From Sulfolobales archaeon HS-7 (GTDB lineage: Archaea; Thermoproteota; Thermoprotei_A; Sulfolobales; Sulfolobaceae), in the NCBI GenBank assembly GCA_019704295.1, contig AP024596.1:1568001-1632000 (forward strand): 64,000 nucleotides of DNA, given 5' to 3'. Shown one piece after another: positions 1 through 10,236 of this stretch. A program made the translations under genes and the position numbers. A model generated the notes under the pieces. The model was not told the origin of the DNA. It worked only from the letters and a program-made list of their open reading frames with translations, and ran no database searches. The first letter of the stretch is position 1. Each line of letters opens with the position of its first letter.

Positions 1-346
1 AGTGGGGTTGAAGGATTCTAACTCCTTTTTCTCCGCTAAGCTGGAACACATGTGGATGCCTCCATACGTGTACGTGAATTACATCACCTCTCATTCTCCT
101 TACCTGTTTAGGTAAGGACGTGGAGAAAGTTCCGTGACCCCATGAGAAGTTAGGGTTTACCCTAAATATTCTAACTCCATTCCTCTCTTCCTCCTCACTC
201 AGTCTCTTACCATCCCTAGTCCTATTATAAGTTATAACCATAGCCTCATGACCAATTTTCACAGCGTATTCGCTAATCTCTCGAACGACTTTTTCCACAC
301 CTCCTACCACTGGATAATAGAATGGTGAAACCTGAACTACTCTCAA
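1..346 (-). CDS. GT4 glycosyltransferase, N-terminal part (runs off window)
   Basis: Manual translation from TTG at 346: MRVVQVSPFYYPVVGGVEKVVREISE...DVIHVH; GT-B GGxE motif; not in ORF track. Confidence 0.85.
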   Translation of the reverse strand, partial: MRVVQVSPFYYPVVGGVEKVVREISEYAVKIGHEAMVITYNRTRDGKRLSEEEERNGVRIFRVNPNFSWGHGTFSTSLPKQVRRMRGDVIHVHVWRHPHVFQLSGEKGVRILQPH

Positions 347-399
347 TATGAATAGATATCTTCCATACTATTTTAAATTCATAAGTAACAAAATCGTAT

Positions 400-1269
400 A
401 TGGATAGAGTACAGACTATTCCGCTGAATTACAATAGAGAAGAATCTCTAGGAAAATGCGATGGAACTCAAATGATGAATAAATATCGCAGTAGAGAAAT
501 TGTAATATATAACGAATCTGAGAATTCGAGGGTAGAATGTTTAAAGACCTTGGGCGAGAAATTATTAGGATTAAGCGAAGACAACGGACCTGAATATGCT
601 AAAAACCTCGGCACTATGAAATCCAAAAAGTCGCCGTTTGCCGATAATAACGTTGCTGTAACTCCCGATAGGTTAAACCCGTTAATTAACGAGATAGAAT
701 ATTGTAGGGACGTAGTGACTCGCCAAGGTCACTACACTGTATGTCCTTATGGAGATAGGATAGGTGAGGTCACCCAGTATTCGAGGGTGATCACGAGGAG
801 GGATAATCAAAAGGGGGTTGGCAGTTCTGGCAAACTCCTGTCTAACTACTGGGGGGATTCCGAGTTGTTATGGAGACTTCACAGTCCTTGCTACAGTGGA
901 TTAATGACACTGAAGTCTAAGGTTGTCCGTGAAATCCATGACATATCGAGAAAAACAACCCTATCTTACACCTGCTACCTTGGAATGAAGAATCGATTCC
1001 AACTCTTGACCCATTACAATAGGGTAGCTACAACGCTGTCTTACCCTCTCTTAGCCAGAATAATTGAAATTTTTCGAGGCGAAAACGAAATAGATCGATT
1101 AGTAGATGCACAGTCTTTCTCGGGTGAACCAAATTGCATTATTAGCGAAGGGAAACAACTATCCAATCTAGTAACAAAGGCAGTAGACTCCTTGAGACGG
1201 TGGATAAGGCATTCTCAGTTCAAATCATTAGTTTTCGACTTGGATAAGCCAATTCCGTTCCTTCATTAA
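400..1269 (+). CDS. Highly degenerate GT2-like protein
   Basis: IPLNYN...LGKC, EIVIY, NGPEYAKNLG, FADNN, YWGDSELLWRL line up with GT2 motifs of the two downstream genes, with acidic motifs eroded. Confidence 0.55.
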   Translation: MDRVQTIPLNYNREESLGKCDGTQMMNKYRSREIVIYNESENSRVECLKTLGEKLLGLSEDNGPEYAKNLGTMKSKKSPFADNNVAVTPDRLNPLINEIEYCRDVVTRQGHYTVCPYGDRIGEVTQYSRVITRRDNQKGVGSSGKLLSNYWGDSELLWRLHSPCYSGLMTLKSKVVREIHDISRKTTLSYTCYLGMKNRFQLLTHYNRVATTLSYPLLARIIEIFRGENEIDRLVDAQSFSGEPNCIISEGKQLSNLVTKAVDSLRRWIRHSQFKSLVFDLDKPIPFLH

Positions 1270-1278
1270 GGTGAAAAA

Positions 1279-2232
1279 ATGGTACTATTGAGTATCATAA
1301 TAGTTAACGTTAAGGGAAGTGAGTATCTTCCCAAACTAATAGAATCTATAATGAATTCCTCGTTTTCCGACTTTGAGGTTATCGTTGTGGACATAAAGGA
1401 GGGTGACATAATACATCAGAAGATTAAATATGTGGTCATAGAGAAGGATTTGGGTCTCTCATACTGTAGAAATGTAGGCGTAAATAGTTCCTCAGGAGAG
1501 TATATTTTGTTTCTCGATAACGATTCGGAGGTATTTTCTAATACCCTTCAGCACCTTATGGACTTCATGCTTAAAAACGAGGAGAAGATAGTCCAACCAT
1601 TGCTAATAAGAGACGATAATGCAATTGATGCTGCAGGTGGCCTTATAGACGAGCTAGGATATTCCAAGGAACTACATAGGGGCGAAAAACCCGAAAGAGT
1701 AACTGATGTTACACAGGTATTATATGCGAAGGGAGCCGCTTTCGCGTTATCGAGAAAAACTTTCGAGAAAGTGGGATATTTTGATGAGGAGTATTTTTAC
1801 GGTTATGATGAGTCGGATTACTGCTTGAACGCCTGGAAGAAAGGAGTTCCAGTGTACGTCTACCCTTCATCCATTGTGAGGCATTATGAACATGGATCAT
1901 TTAAAGGGAACGCCTTATCAAAAAGTAGGAGATTAACCTATTTTCTCGAAAGTAGGCGACTATACTTCGTGTTTAAGAACTTCAAACTGAGAATGCTGTT
2001 TAAGACAACGCTCCCAATATTAATTTACTTCTCAGGGAGTGTAATAAGGGATGCGCTAAACAAGGAAAGAAGGGGGTTGGTAAGGGTGAGAATTACTGCA
2101 TTTGTCTGGTTTTTAGGGAAGTTTCCTAAAATCGCCATGTATAGAATGAAAAGGAAGGAGATAACCTATGATGAGTATTACTTAATATCAAGGGGTTTAA
2201 TAATTAAGCACGGTGTAACTCGTGAAAGCTAG
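1279..2232 (+). CDS. GT2 glycosyltransferase
   Basis: GEYILFLDND DxD motif, FFYGYDESD, VRHY. Confidence 0.9.
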   Translation: MVLLSIIIVNVKGSEYLPKLIESIMNSSFSDFEVIVVDIKEGDIIHQKIKYVVIEKDLGLSYCRNVGVNSSSGEYILFLDNDSEVFSNTLQHLMDFMLKNEEKIVQPLLIRDDNAIDAAGGLIDELGYSKELHRGEKPERVTDVTQVLYAKGAAFALSRKTFEKVGYFDEEYFYGYDESDYCLNAWKKGVPVYVYPSSIVRHYEHGSFKGNALSKSRRLTYFLESRRLYFVFKNFKLRMLFKTTLPILIYFSGSVIRDALNKERRGLVRVRITAFVWFLGKFPKIAMYRMKRKEITYDEYYLISRGLIIKHGVTRES

Positions 2233-2252
2233 AGTATCAGAGTTTGATATAA

Positions 2253-3212
2253 ATGGTTAAATTAAGTATAATTATATTAAATGTAGGAGGAAGGGAGTAT
2301 CTAGGAAGGCTGTTAAACTCAATATCTAACTCCTCGTTTGACGACTATGAAATTTTAATCGCGGATACTGAGGAGATTAATGTAAACTGGGATAAGGTGA
2401 TTAAGATAAAATTAGACCATAACTACGGTCCTCCGCGCAACAGAAATATAACATTTGAAGAGGCTAAAGGTGAATATATTCTGTTCCTAGATAATGATAC
2501 CGAAGTCTTTCGTGACACCCTTCAAAACTTCATTACTTACATGGATGAAAACCCTGATAAAATGGTTCAATTGAAGCTGATCAACACTAAGGATTTGATA
2601 GACTCCGCCGGCGGATTCATTGACGATTTAGGTTACCCCACAGAGAGAGGCAGAGATTTGAAGCCTTTAGAGTATCGTAGATACGATCGCATACTCTACG
2701 GAAAAGGGGCTGCTCTCGGAATGAAGAGGGAGACATTCAAAAAACTCGGTGGTTTCGATGGCGATTTCTTTTATGGATTTGCGGATACAGATTTAGGATA
2801 CAGGGGATGGAGGAAGGGAATACCCGTCGTTTTTCACCCTGATTCCGTTGTAAGACATTACGAACACGGATCGTTTTCTTCCGCAGAAAGGGAGGAGAGA
2901 ATAACGTTCCTATTGGAAAGTAGGCGACTTTACTTCGTGTTTAAGAACTACGACACAGGGTTTCTATTAAGGAGAATTCCCTTTATTATTTACTACCTAA
3001 TAGGAAGTATGCTAATGGACGTCCTGAGGAGGAGGAAATTCAATTTATTCAAAATTAGGGTAAAAGCAGTAAGCTGGTTCCTCACTAAAATCCCAGAAAT
3101 CATTAGGAAAAGGTTAAATCAGAGTAAAGAACAGTACGTTTACACGGATAGCGAATTAGTAAATTTAGGACTCATTCTTTACCATAAGGATGTTATTAAG
3201 AAATTAAGATAG
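2253..3212 (+). CDS. GT2 glycosyltransferase (paralog of preceding gene)
   Basis: GEYILFLDND, FFYGFADTD, shared ESRRLYFVFKN. Confidence 0.9.
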   Translation: MVKLSIIILNVGGREYLGRLLNSISNSSFDDYEILIADTEEINVNWDKVIKIKLDHNYGPPRNRNITFEEAKGEYILFLDNDTEVFRDTLQNFITYMDENPDKMVQLKLINTKDLIDSAGGFIDDLGYPTERGRDLKPLEYRRYDRILYGKGAALGMKRETFKKLGGFDGDFFYGFADTDLGYRGWRKGIPVVFHPDSVVRHYEHGSFSSAEREERITFLLESRRLYFVFKNYDTGFLLRRIPFIIYYLIGSMLMDVLRRRKFNLFKIRVKAVSWFLTKIPEIIRKRLNQSKEQYVYTDSELVNLGLILYHKDVIKKLR

Positions 3213-3214
3213 AC

Positions 3215-4102
3215 TCATTTTCGCAGGACTGCGTATTCCAGCCTTTTTATAAGCGATGATATTCCCATTGTCATTAATCCCTGAATTCCTATGAGTAGAA
3301 GAGTTATCCCCATAAGCGCATACCCACTATGAAATACGCCTCTTAGAGCGTAATCTGCTAACGTATAGGCGAGGAGTCCAGCTCCCGGAACCGAGAATCC
3401 AGTAACGATAAGGGAATAAAATAGAATGGGATTATGATCTTTTGCCATCTTTAGAATATAGGAGGTTATTTTAAAGCCGTCTTTGAACGACGACAGCTTC
3501 CCAGTACCGTGCCTTTTATCATACCTAATAGGAACGTATGTTACCTTTCCCTTCTGTAGCATTTGACTTGCGATTTCTACCTCCACTTCAAACCCATCCG
3601 AGTCCAAGTTTAACGTTTTAGCGACCTCCGTATTAAGCACGTACATACCGGATAAGACGTCCCCTACGTCTGCTGAGAAGACGAGGGAGAAGATCTTATT
3701 TATTACTAAGTTCCCTAACCGGTGAACAGACCCTATGTTTTTCCTATCTCTTTTTCCGATAACCTCAACGTATTTTTGAGCGTGCGCAAGAAGTCTGTAA
3801 AGTTCGTCAGGTGGATATGTGCCATCAGCGTCAAGGAAGGCTACGTATGGGGTATTAATGTAGTCCAACGCAGTTTTTACAGCACCAGTTTTTCCTCCCC
3901 AGTGCTGTTCAACGACCTTAACTCCTCTACTCTCTGCGATTTTCACTGTACTATCACGAGAGTACCCGTCAATAACTAGGATATTAGTGTAACCGCAATC
4001 ACGCAATTGATCGAGCACATTCCCGATCCCCTCCTCCTCGTTAAGGGCGGAAAGTACTACTGTAACGTCTTCTTGCGTTATTTCCGTGCTAATAACGACC
4101 AT
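3215..4102 (-). CDS. GT2, DPM-synthase-like polyprenol-phosphate glycosyltransferase with C-terminal TM helices
   Basis: NEEEGI, IDGYSRD, FLDADGTYPP, DVLSG, FEVEVEI; ATG 4102 preferred over 4150. Confidence 0.9.
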   Translation of the reverse strand: MVVISTEITQEDVTVVLSALNEEEGIGNVLDQLRDCGYTNILVIDGYSRDSTVKIAESRGVKVVEQHWGGKTGAVKTALDYINTPYVAFLDADGTYPPDELYRLLAHAQKYVEVIGKRDRKNIGSVHRLGNLVINKIFSLVFSADVGDVLSGMYVLNTEVAKTLNLDSDGFEVEVEIASQMLQKGKVTYVPIRYDKRHGTGKLSSFKDGFKITSYILKMAKDHNPILFYSLIVTGFSVPGAGLLAYTLADYALRGVFHSGYALMGITLLLIGIQGLMTMGISSLIKRLEYAVLRK

Positions 4103-4166
4103 ACTTTTACAACCTATTGGAGGTTTATAAGGCAATATGAATGTCCACATAGCGTTTTCTGTAAGA

Positions 4167-5189
4167 TTACCTCTTAATTATATCTAAGAGAATGTCTACC
4201 GCTTTCTTTGGGGAGTGATTTTCTGTAACGTATTCTATGTTTCTTTCACTCTTAGCCTTTTCAGACGTTAATTGCTCCAATATTGCATTTGCGAACTCAT
4301 CATCTGAATTGGCCAGAACGTATTCGGCTTTCTCTATACCCTCCATCGCCTTATTTGAAGCGATAATGGGATTACCGGAAAGCATGTACTCCAAAGACTT
4401 CAGTTTAACTCCTCCTCCCCTAACTAGGGGGGCTATACATATATCTGCTCCAAGCAGATAAGGGGCAGTCGATTCAACATATCCAGTGGCAATAACAGGA
4501 TATTCCACCGGAGGAGGATTAGGGCCTACTAAATAAAAGTATGCCCTACGCTTCTCGTTAACCATTTTGGATATTTTAATAATTCTCTTAGCAGCCTCCA
4601 TATTAGGCGGATAGTTCATTCCACCCACGAAAACAACTGAGGGCCTCTTGAGCTCAAATGGGGATTCCCTCCTGAAAGACTCTACATCAATGACATTAGG
4701 TAATATCGTTACGTTGTCGAGATCCCCTAACTCCTTAGCCTCTATCGTTGAAGGGACCATAACCCTATCGTAGTAATGCGCAGTGCTCTCAAGGAACTTA
4801 ATAACCCTCCTTCCTACGAAACTATTTCCTACATCCTGTTTTGACTCTACAGAGTGCAAATGGAGTAAGCTCTTCTTTCCAGATAACTTACTTGCCGTTA
4901 ATGTTGGAATAGATGCCCAAGCTGTCTCGGATATGTAAACGTCAGAGTTATCATCTATAAGCCCTTTGATAAAGGAAGGGTTATTTTGCCTTAGCCAGAG
5001 CATCCTCTTACCTCGTTCGGCTACACCCCTTCTAGAGTAAGGAGATATTCTTACGGGGATTCCCCTCCTTACCATCTCATTATACACTAGAAACACCTCC
5101 TCATGGATCCCCCCTCTCTCTGGATAGATCGATTCCATCATGACGAACTCTACGCTTCTTATTGAACTAGTTTTCCTAAAACTACTCAA
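4167..5189 (-). CDS. GT4 glycosyltransferase
   Basis: FVGGMNYPPN, GGGVKLKSLEYM. Confidence 0.88.
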   Translation of the reverse strand: MSSFRKTSSIRSVEFVMMESIYPERGGIHEEVFLVYNEMVRRGIPVRISPYSRRGVAERGKRMLWLRQNNPSFIKGLIDDNSDVYISETAWASIPTLTASKLSGKKSLLHLHSVESKQDVGNSFVGRRVIKFLESTAHYYDRVMVPSTIEAKELGDLDNVTILPNVIDVESFRRESPFELKRPSVVFVGGMNYPPNMEAAKRIIKISKMVNEKRRAYFYLVGPNPPPVEYPVIATGYVESTAPYLLGADICIAPLVRGGGVKLKSLEYMLSGNPIIASNKAMEGIEKAEYVLANSDDEFANAILEQLTSEKAKSERNIEYVTENHSPKKAVDILLDIIKR

Positions 5190-6015
5190 TATGCCTCTTC
5201 ACACTCCTCAAACTGCCTTAGCTTTTCCGAAATCAAGGTGGCCCCGCACCACTCCCTTTCCCATTTCATTACCATATAGTTAAGCTTCTCAACCCATTCC
5301 GATTTTCTCATATTCCTAGGTATGCCTATGGAGAGGAATAATTCTCTATTTGAGGGATACATGGCATTTCCCCGCAGTATCGAAAGGAGTTTTCCCAGAG
5401 TGAAGACGTAGGAGTTAAGGCCGTTGGACCTTACGGGCACACCCGCTGTGTAAGCATTCACGGATGACCTAACCCCGGTCAACAACATGGAAAGGAAGTT
5501 CCCTTTTCCCTTATGAGGCCTTATGTGTTTCCTCATATATTTTCCAGCACATGACAAATAAATGAATTTAAACGCTTTCGCCAATCTAAGCCAGGGATCG
5601 AAATCCTTAATGTAATGCATATTTCGCCGTCCTTCATCCTTCACTATCAATTCCTCTCTCGAAATTATAGGAAGGGGACTAATACCAAGGGTTATCCCGT
5701 AATCTTCGATCTCTTTTCTAAATCTCGCAAAGAGATCGGTAATATCGTTATACATCAGATGGCCGTCGATTCGCATAATGTATTTTACCTTGAATTCCTT
5801 AACGCTAATTCCCTAGCCTTTCGCCTACCTCCCCTTAACCTCATTACCTTAGGTGAGGAGTGGGAGTTGATGATCTCCAGGGTTTTATCCTTACTATATC
5901 CCTCGACTATTACCAACTCGTGGTGGCTATCGACTTGCTGTACAACTTTTTCCATAACCTTCCCGATAACAGGTTCCTCATTTTTAACTGCCATGTTCCC
6001 ACTTACAATAGTCAT
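5186..6015 (-). pseudogene. Frameshifted GT2 glycosyltransferase
   Basis: ORF 5785..6015 (KNEE, EGYSKD, ARELAL) continues as GKYIMRIDG in another frame near 5788 into ORF 5186..5776. Confidence 0.75.
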
Positions 6016-6018
6016 ACG

Positions 6019-7737
6019 CTATTCAATCCTCTTTTTTGCCAGGAGGACTGACGCTATCAACGCTGAGATAATCGATATAACTGTACCTATAAATACAATA
6101 GTTAAAATAAGATCTTCCGAGGATGTGTTAATCCTTTTTCCAGTTACCTGAGTGGCATTGGAAACCTCAGGCAAGTACTCAACGACAATTTTCTTGGGGG
6201 AATGTATCGTAATGTTATTATAGTTGTTAATTGTTGAGGTATTTAACTCGAAAGTCTCTCCTTTATATAGGTATAGGAGGGGAATACTAATAATTGAGGA
6301 ATTGGGTTCCCAAGCTGTAAAGTTATATACCGTATCGGAACCGTAGATTCCTAATATCTGAACTAAATACTCTTGTATGTAATAGTCATTAATCGAAACG
6401 GGACTTACCATAGTAAAATTATATCGATCTGATGAGATAACCAATCTGTTCTCACCGTTGATGTAATAAATTCGAAATACGGTAACGTTATCCGTGGCGT
6501 TCAGCCAAGATGAATATATTGAAGAGTTCAATCCGTTAATCTTACCGTATACTGGTACATCTAAGGAGAGATAGTTTTGGGTATAAAAAACCAATTTTGA
6601 AAAGTTATTAAAAGTTAAAATTTGTTTTGGTACCACATCCCTCGTAACGTTAGATAGGTATACGATCTGGGACATAACTTTAACGGAACTTCCATTAAAA
6701 ATCCATATGTACCTCTGCGTCGTTATGTTCCCGCTATAGTTAAGAAGAAGGGGAATTGGAAAAGTTAGGAGATCTTGTTCTAATTGTACATCACTTATGA
6801 ATACTCCTCCACCAAGGTAATGAATCCCCGAATAATTTCCCATTGTAATTAGCCTGGTATTGTTTGATAAGGTAACGTAGTTTGGTACGCATATCTCCTC
6901 ACTTTTGTTATACCAGCCTGAAATCATATTCTCCAACTTTCCAGAGATGTACGCTAAGATTGGGGTCTTTACAGTTATGTAAAACTGCTCAATCTGCGTA
7001 TCGTTTATGAATAAAGGTGCGTTAAGCACTTTCGTCGATATTAAGTTTCCATAGGTGAAAAACCTCGTAAATTCATTTTGATAAAGGTACCTAGCGAGAG
7101 TTATGTTGGTTCCAGATGGATACCATCCGCTGCATATTTCCTTAACCGTTCCGTTAATATAACCTCTGTATTGAGAAGAGGTATTGACGTAAAACTGTTC
7201 TTTATAAACTACTACCGCTGTGAGTGGAGATGTCACAAATATGGATTGAAACTTTTCCCCGTTAATGCAATAATCGTAGGGAATATACCTTGTATCGTTC
7301 AATTGATAGAAATAGTTCCTGGGTAAGCCTACAGATTGACTCACGTTAAACCAACCGGAAGATATGGGGAAAGGGTATTGAGAGGAAATGTTTACGTAAT
7401 ACTGTTTCTCATATAGGGGAGACACCAAATAACATCCTGACGTTTTGTTGTTCGAGGAGATTACAACCACATTTGAATGATAATATGTATTATTTACCTT
7501 AACGGCAACCAAATGAGTTCTAGAGGCGGGGTAAACATCAAAATTTTGTTGGAAAGTTATGTTAATTAACTGAGTTTGAAATGTATAGCTCCCTGGCCTA
7601 GTTAAAGTACCGTTGACAAAAAAAGGGATATTAGAACTCACTTTTATTTCACTCTTATACGTTTGAGAAAACACTTCTATTCCGAATATGGAGATTATTG
7701 AGAGTGTTACGATTAGCACGACAATTATTCTATTCAT
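6019..7737 (-). CDS. Membrane-anchored surface glycoprotein with thermopsin-stalk-like repeats
   Basis: N-terminal signal/TM, about six repeats of Q(Y/F)Y(V/I)...(G/S)W(Y/F), many NxS/T sequons, C-terminal TM plus KKRIE. Confidence 0.8.
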   Translation of the reverse strand: MNRIIVVLIVTLSIISIFGIEVFSQTYKSEIKVSSNIPFFVNGTLTRPGSYTFQTQLINITFQQNFDVYPASRTHLVAVKVNNTYYHSNVVVISSNNKTSGCYLVSPLYEKQYYVNISSQYPFPISSGWFNVSQSVGLPRNYFYQLNDTRYIPYDYCINGEKFQSIFVTSPLTAVVVYKEQFYVNTSSQYRGYINGTVKEICSGWYPSGTNITLARYLYQNEFTRFFTYGNLISTKVLNAPLFINDTQIEQFYITVKTPILAYISGKLENMISGWYNKSEEICVPNYVTLSNNTRLITMGNYSGIHYLGGGVFISDVQLEQDLLTFPIPLLLNYSGNITTQRYIWIFNGSSVKVMSQIVYLSNVTRDVVPKQILTFNNFSKLVFYTQNYLSLDVPVYGKINGLNSSIYSSWLNATDNVTVFRIYYINGENRLVISSDRYNFTMVSPVSINDYYIQEYLVQILGIYGSDTVYNFTAWEPNSSIISIPLLYLYKGETFELNTSTINNYNNITIHSPKKIVVEYLPEVSNATQVTGKRINTSSEDLILTIVFIGTVISIISALIASVLLAKKRIE

Positions 7738-8468
7738 GAATTCCCACCAGTTTGCATAAGTTTAATATAGGTATGGAACATCTTCCTATATTTTATCGAA
7801 ATCCCAAGAATAGTTAGCGGGATATTCCATACCCATCCTTTAATTTTACCTAATAAGCTTGAGTCAGGAGGATTAACGATCAATCTTAATCCCTTCTGGG
7901 CTATCAGAGAGTGAATTAGGTTTGTATTGTTCATCATTTCCATATATTTATTCAAAAACAAGTACGGAGTCGAAATTACGATAATTTTCCCCTTACCGTA
8001 ACTTACACACGATATTAGGGAATTTCCCTCAAAGGACAGGGTTGATTCACCGCCTATAATTGGATGTGGATAAGGGAAAACGTACCTCATACCGTTATCT
8101 TTTACAATGTCGATCGAGCAGTTGAATACGTACGAATTATTTGACGTTATTAGATTAGGAGCGAGAACGACATTAACCTTTATGATCTTGATCAAATAAG
8201 CTGAAACCAGGCTGTAATTCCCTGCAAGTATAAGGGTATTGCCTGAAAATACATATGATGAGAAGTTACTCTCACAACTTCCTCCCACCAGTAACATAAG
8301 GGTGACATTACTTGAGTTTTCAAGGATATATGAACGGTGTAATTCGGAGAGCCCAGAGGGACCTACATTATAAGGCGAGTAAGAGAGGTTGTCTGGATAA
8401 AGAAAGGCCGTCAATGCTAATATTAGGAAAAACAGGCCAACGAAAATGTAGAATGCTCTACTTATCAT
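7734..8468 (-). CDS. DUF4350-like membrane-anchored protein
   Basis: TM followed by SYSPYNVGPSGLSEL and YGKGKIIVISTPYLFLN motifs. Confidence 0.6.
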   Translation of the reverse strand: MISRAFYIFVGLFFLILALTAFLYPDNLSYSPYNVGPSGLSELHRSYILENSSNVTLMLLVGGSCESNFSSYVFSGNTLILAGNYSLVSAYLIKIIKVNVVLAPNLITSNNSYVFNCSIDIVKDNGMRYVFPYPHPIIGGESTLSFEGNSLISCVSYGKGKIIVISTPYLFLNKYMEMMNNTNLIHSLIAQKGLRLIVNPPDSSLLGKIKGWVWNIPLTILGISIKYRKMFHTYIKLMQTGGNS

Positions 8469-10194
8469 TTTTCTCCACCCTTAATTCCCTTAGCTCTGTT
8501 TTGCGTTTACCCCGTTTACTCCTTCTCTTTAAAATAACTTCGGCCGTTATCCCCAGAATAATAAAGATCACTCCGTAAAGCGGATTTACTATCGTAGTTG
8601 AAGTGGAAACAACAACGGAATAGTAATAATCTCGGGGAACTATCTTAACGAAAATAGTTTGGTTTCCCATAACGACTAACACTCTGGGATTAAGCAGGAG
8701 TTCGAAACTTCCGTTCCTAACTAAAGTTGAATATCTCTCCTTTCCTACGTATACGTACACCTTAGAACCGTCTACCCCCTTCTCCGCGACTTTCCCGGAA
8801 ACCTTAATTTTTAGTGGAATTACCCAATACTTTGATATTTTTACTGAGGCGTTAAGGATATGTAAAAGTGGGGTAAATCGAAGAGTTGCGTTAGCTGGGG
8901 CGAGATAGTATTGTGGAAGAATGGAAATCTCTACGTTATAGGTTTGATTGGTCAGGTTGATAGGTACAGGAACAGACACACTAAAGTTCCCTGTAACGTT
9001 GTACCTGGAAATTACGTTTGAGAGGTTTACTACCATAATCCTGTTTTTCCCAGTTACACAGCCCGAGAGATTAAAGTTCTCACCAACATAGACTTTCCCA
9101 AATGACTTATTGATGTAGAGCTCCGTTTGAGTTACGTTTACCGGAACCTCGTAGGTGGTGAAATCAGGATAAAAGGAGCGGTTGCCCGGATATATTACTA
9201 CTATTGACATATACGATAGGTAATCCCTTAAAGTAATCGTAAAGTTGAATTTTCCGTGATCGAGTGGTAAATATTCTGAGATATTTAAGTACTGTAGGAA
9301 AACGTAGCCGGAAGGGAAAAGGTCCTTAGAGGACGTGACTGATCCATTTATCTCGATCGTTTTATTCTCTGGAATTTTTTTAGGAAGGGTGAGTGAGATA
9401 TGCGTTCTCTCGGTCCAGTTTGGGTTTACTCTTCCTATGACCTGGAAATACAGCTGCGAATTAAGGATTTTATAATAGAGTGTTCTATTCATATCGTCAA
9501 CTAGGGATTTGAGATCAATACAAGATTTCACATTGGAGAATTCCCTAAGGATTTGCATTTGTATCCTCAAGTTATTTAGGCTATTTGAAGTGTTTGCATA
9601 TGCAGAAAGAAGTTGGTTATAATCCGTTTCCGCCAACGCGAAATTACCTTCTTTCAGGTTAGTTAAGTAATCTAAATACATCGCATTAGTATATTCGTAA
9701 TTTCTCAGAAAGCTCATTGCAGCATCGTATGACGAATTCACGTATTTTTGATAACCCTCTGACAGGATAACGTCTGGAGGAGGGGAACTAGCGTTATTTT
9801 CGGAAACTATAGACGAGTAATAATTGAACAGTCCTGAAGTCGACGGGGATACAGTTAATGAAGAGACGTCCTTTGGTGAAGTAAAACCCGCAACTCCTGC
9901 ATAAAACGCGGCCGAGAAAGTTAAAATTAGGACGATAGGCACTAATATGTTCCTATAATCGATGGAGCTCCAGAACTTCCTGGTGTAGAAAAACGTAAGA
10001 AATACGCTGAAAACTCCCGTTAAATATAGTGCAAATGACGAGTTAAAGGTTATAGCCAAGAGGACAAGTATTATTACACCTAAGGAAAGGGGGATGGAGA
10101 AGACTCCAAGTTTTTTCAGTTTAGTAAAACTTATTGCCGTCAGACCTATGAAGCCCCCTAATATTAACGGCAACAAGTAAGTGTTAACTTCCAT
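8458..10194 (-). CDS. Membrane protein with helical segment and Ig-like extracellular domains
   Basis: Four N-terminal TMs, beta-rich repeats (e.g. YPGNRSFYP), C-terminal TM and basic tail. Confidence 0.75.
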   Translation of the reverse strand: MEVNTYLLPLILGGFIGLTAISFTKLKKLGVFSIPLSLGVIILVLLAITFNSSFALYLTGVFSVFLTFFYTRKFWSSIDYRNILVPIVLILTFSAAFYAGVAGFTSPKDVSSLTVSPSTSGLFNYYSSIVSENNASSPPPDVILSEGYQKYVNSSYDAAMSFLRNYEYTNAMYLDYLTNLKEGNFALAETDYNQLLSAYANTSNSLNNLRIQMQILREFSNVKSCIDLKSLVDDMNRTLYYKILNSQLYFQVIGRVNPNWTERTHISLTLPKKIPENKTIEINGSVTSSKDLFPSGYVFLQYLNISEYLPLDHGKFNFTITLRDYLSYMSIVVIYPGNRSFYPDFTTYEVPVNVTQTELYINKSFGKVYVGENFNLSGCVTGKNRIMVVNLSNVISRYNVTGNFSVSVPVPINLTNQTYNVEISILPQYYLAPANATLRFTPLLHILNASVKISKYWVIPLKIKVSGKVAEKGVDGSKVYVYVGKERYSTLVRNGSFELLLNPRVLVVMGNQTIFVKIVPRDYYYSVVVSTSTTIVNPLYGVIFIILGITAEVILKRRSKRGKRKTELRELRVEKNDK

Positions 10195-10236
10195 TTTATC
10201 GATGATTACTAAAGGTCCTAGTTAAAAAGGTAATAG

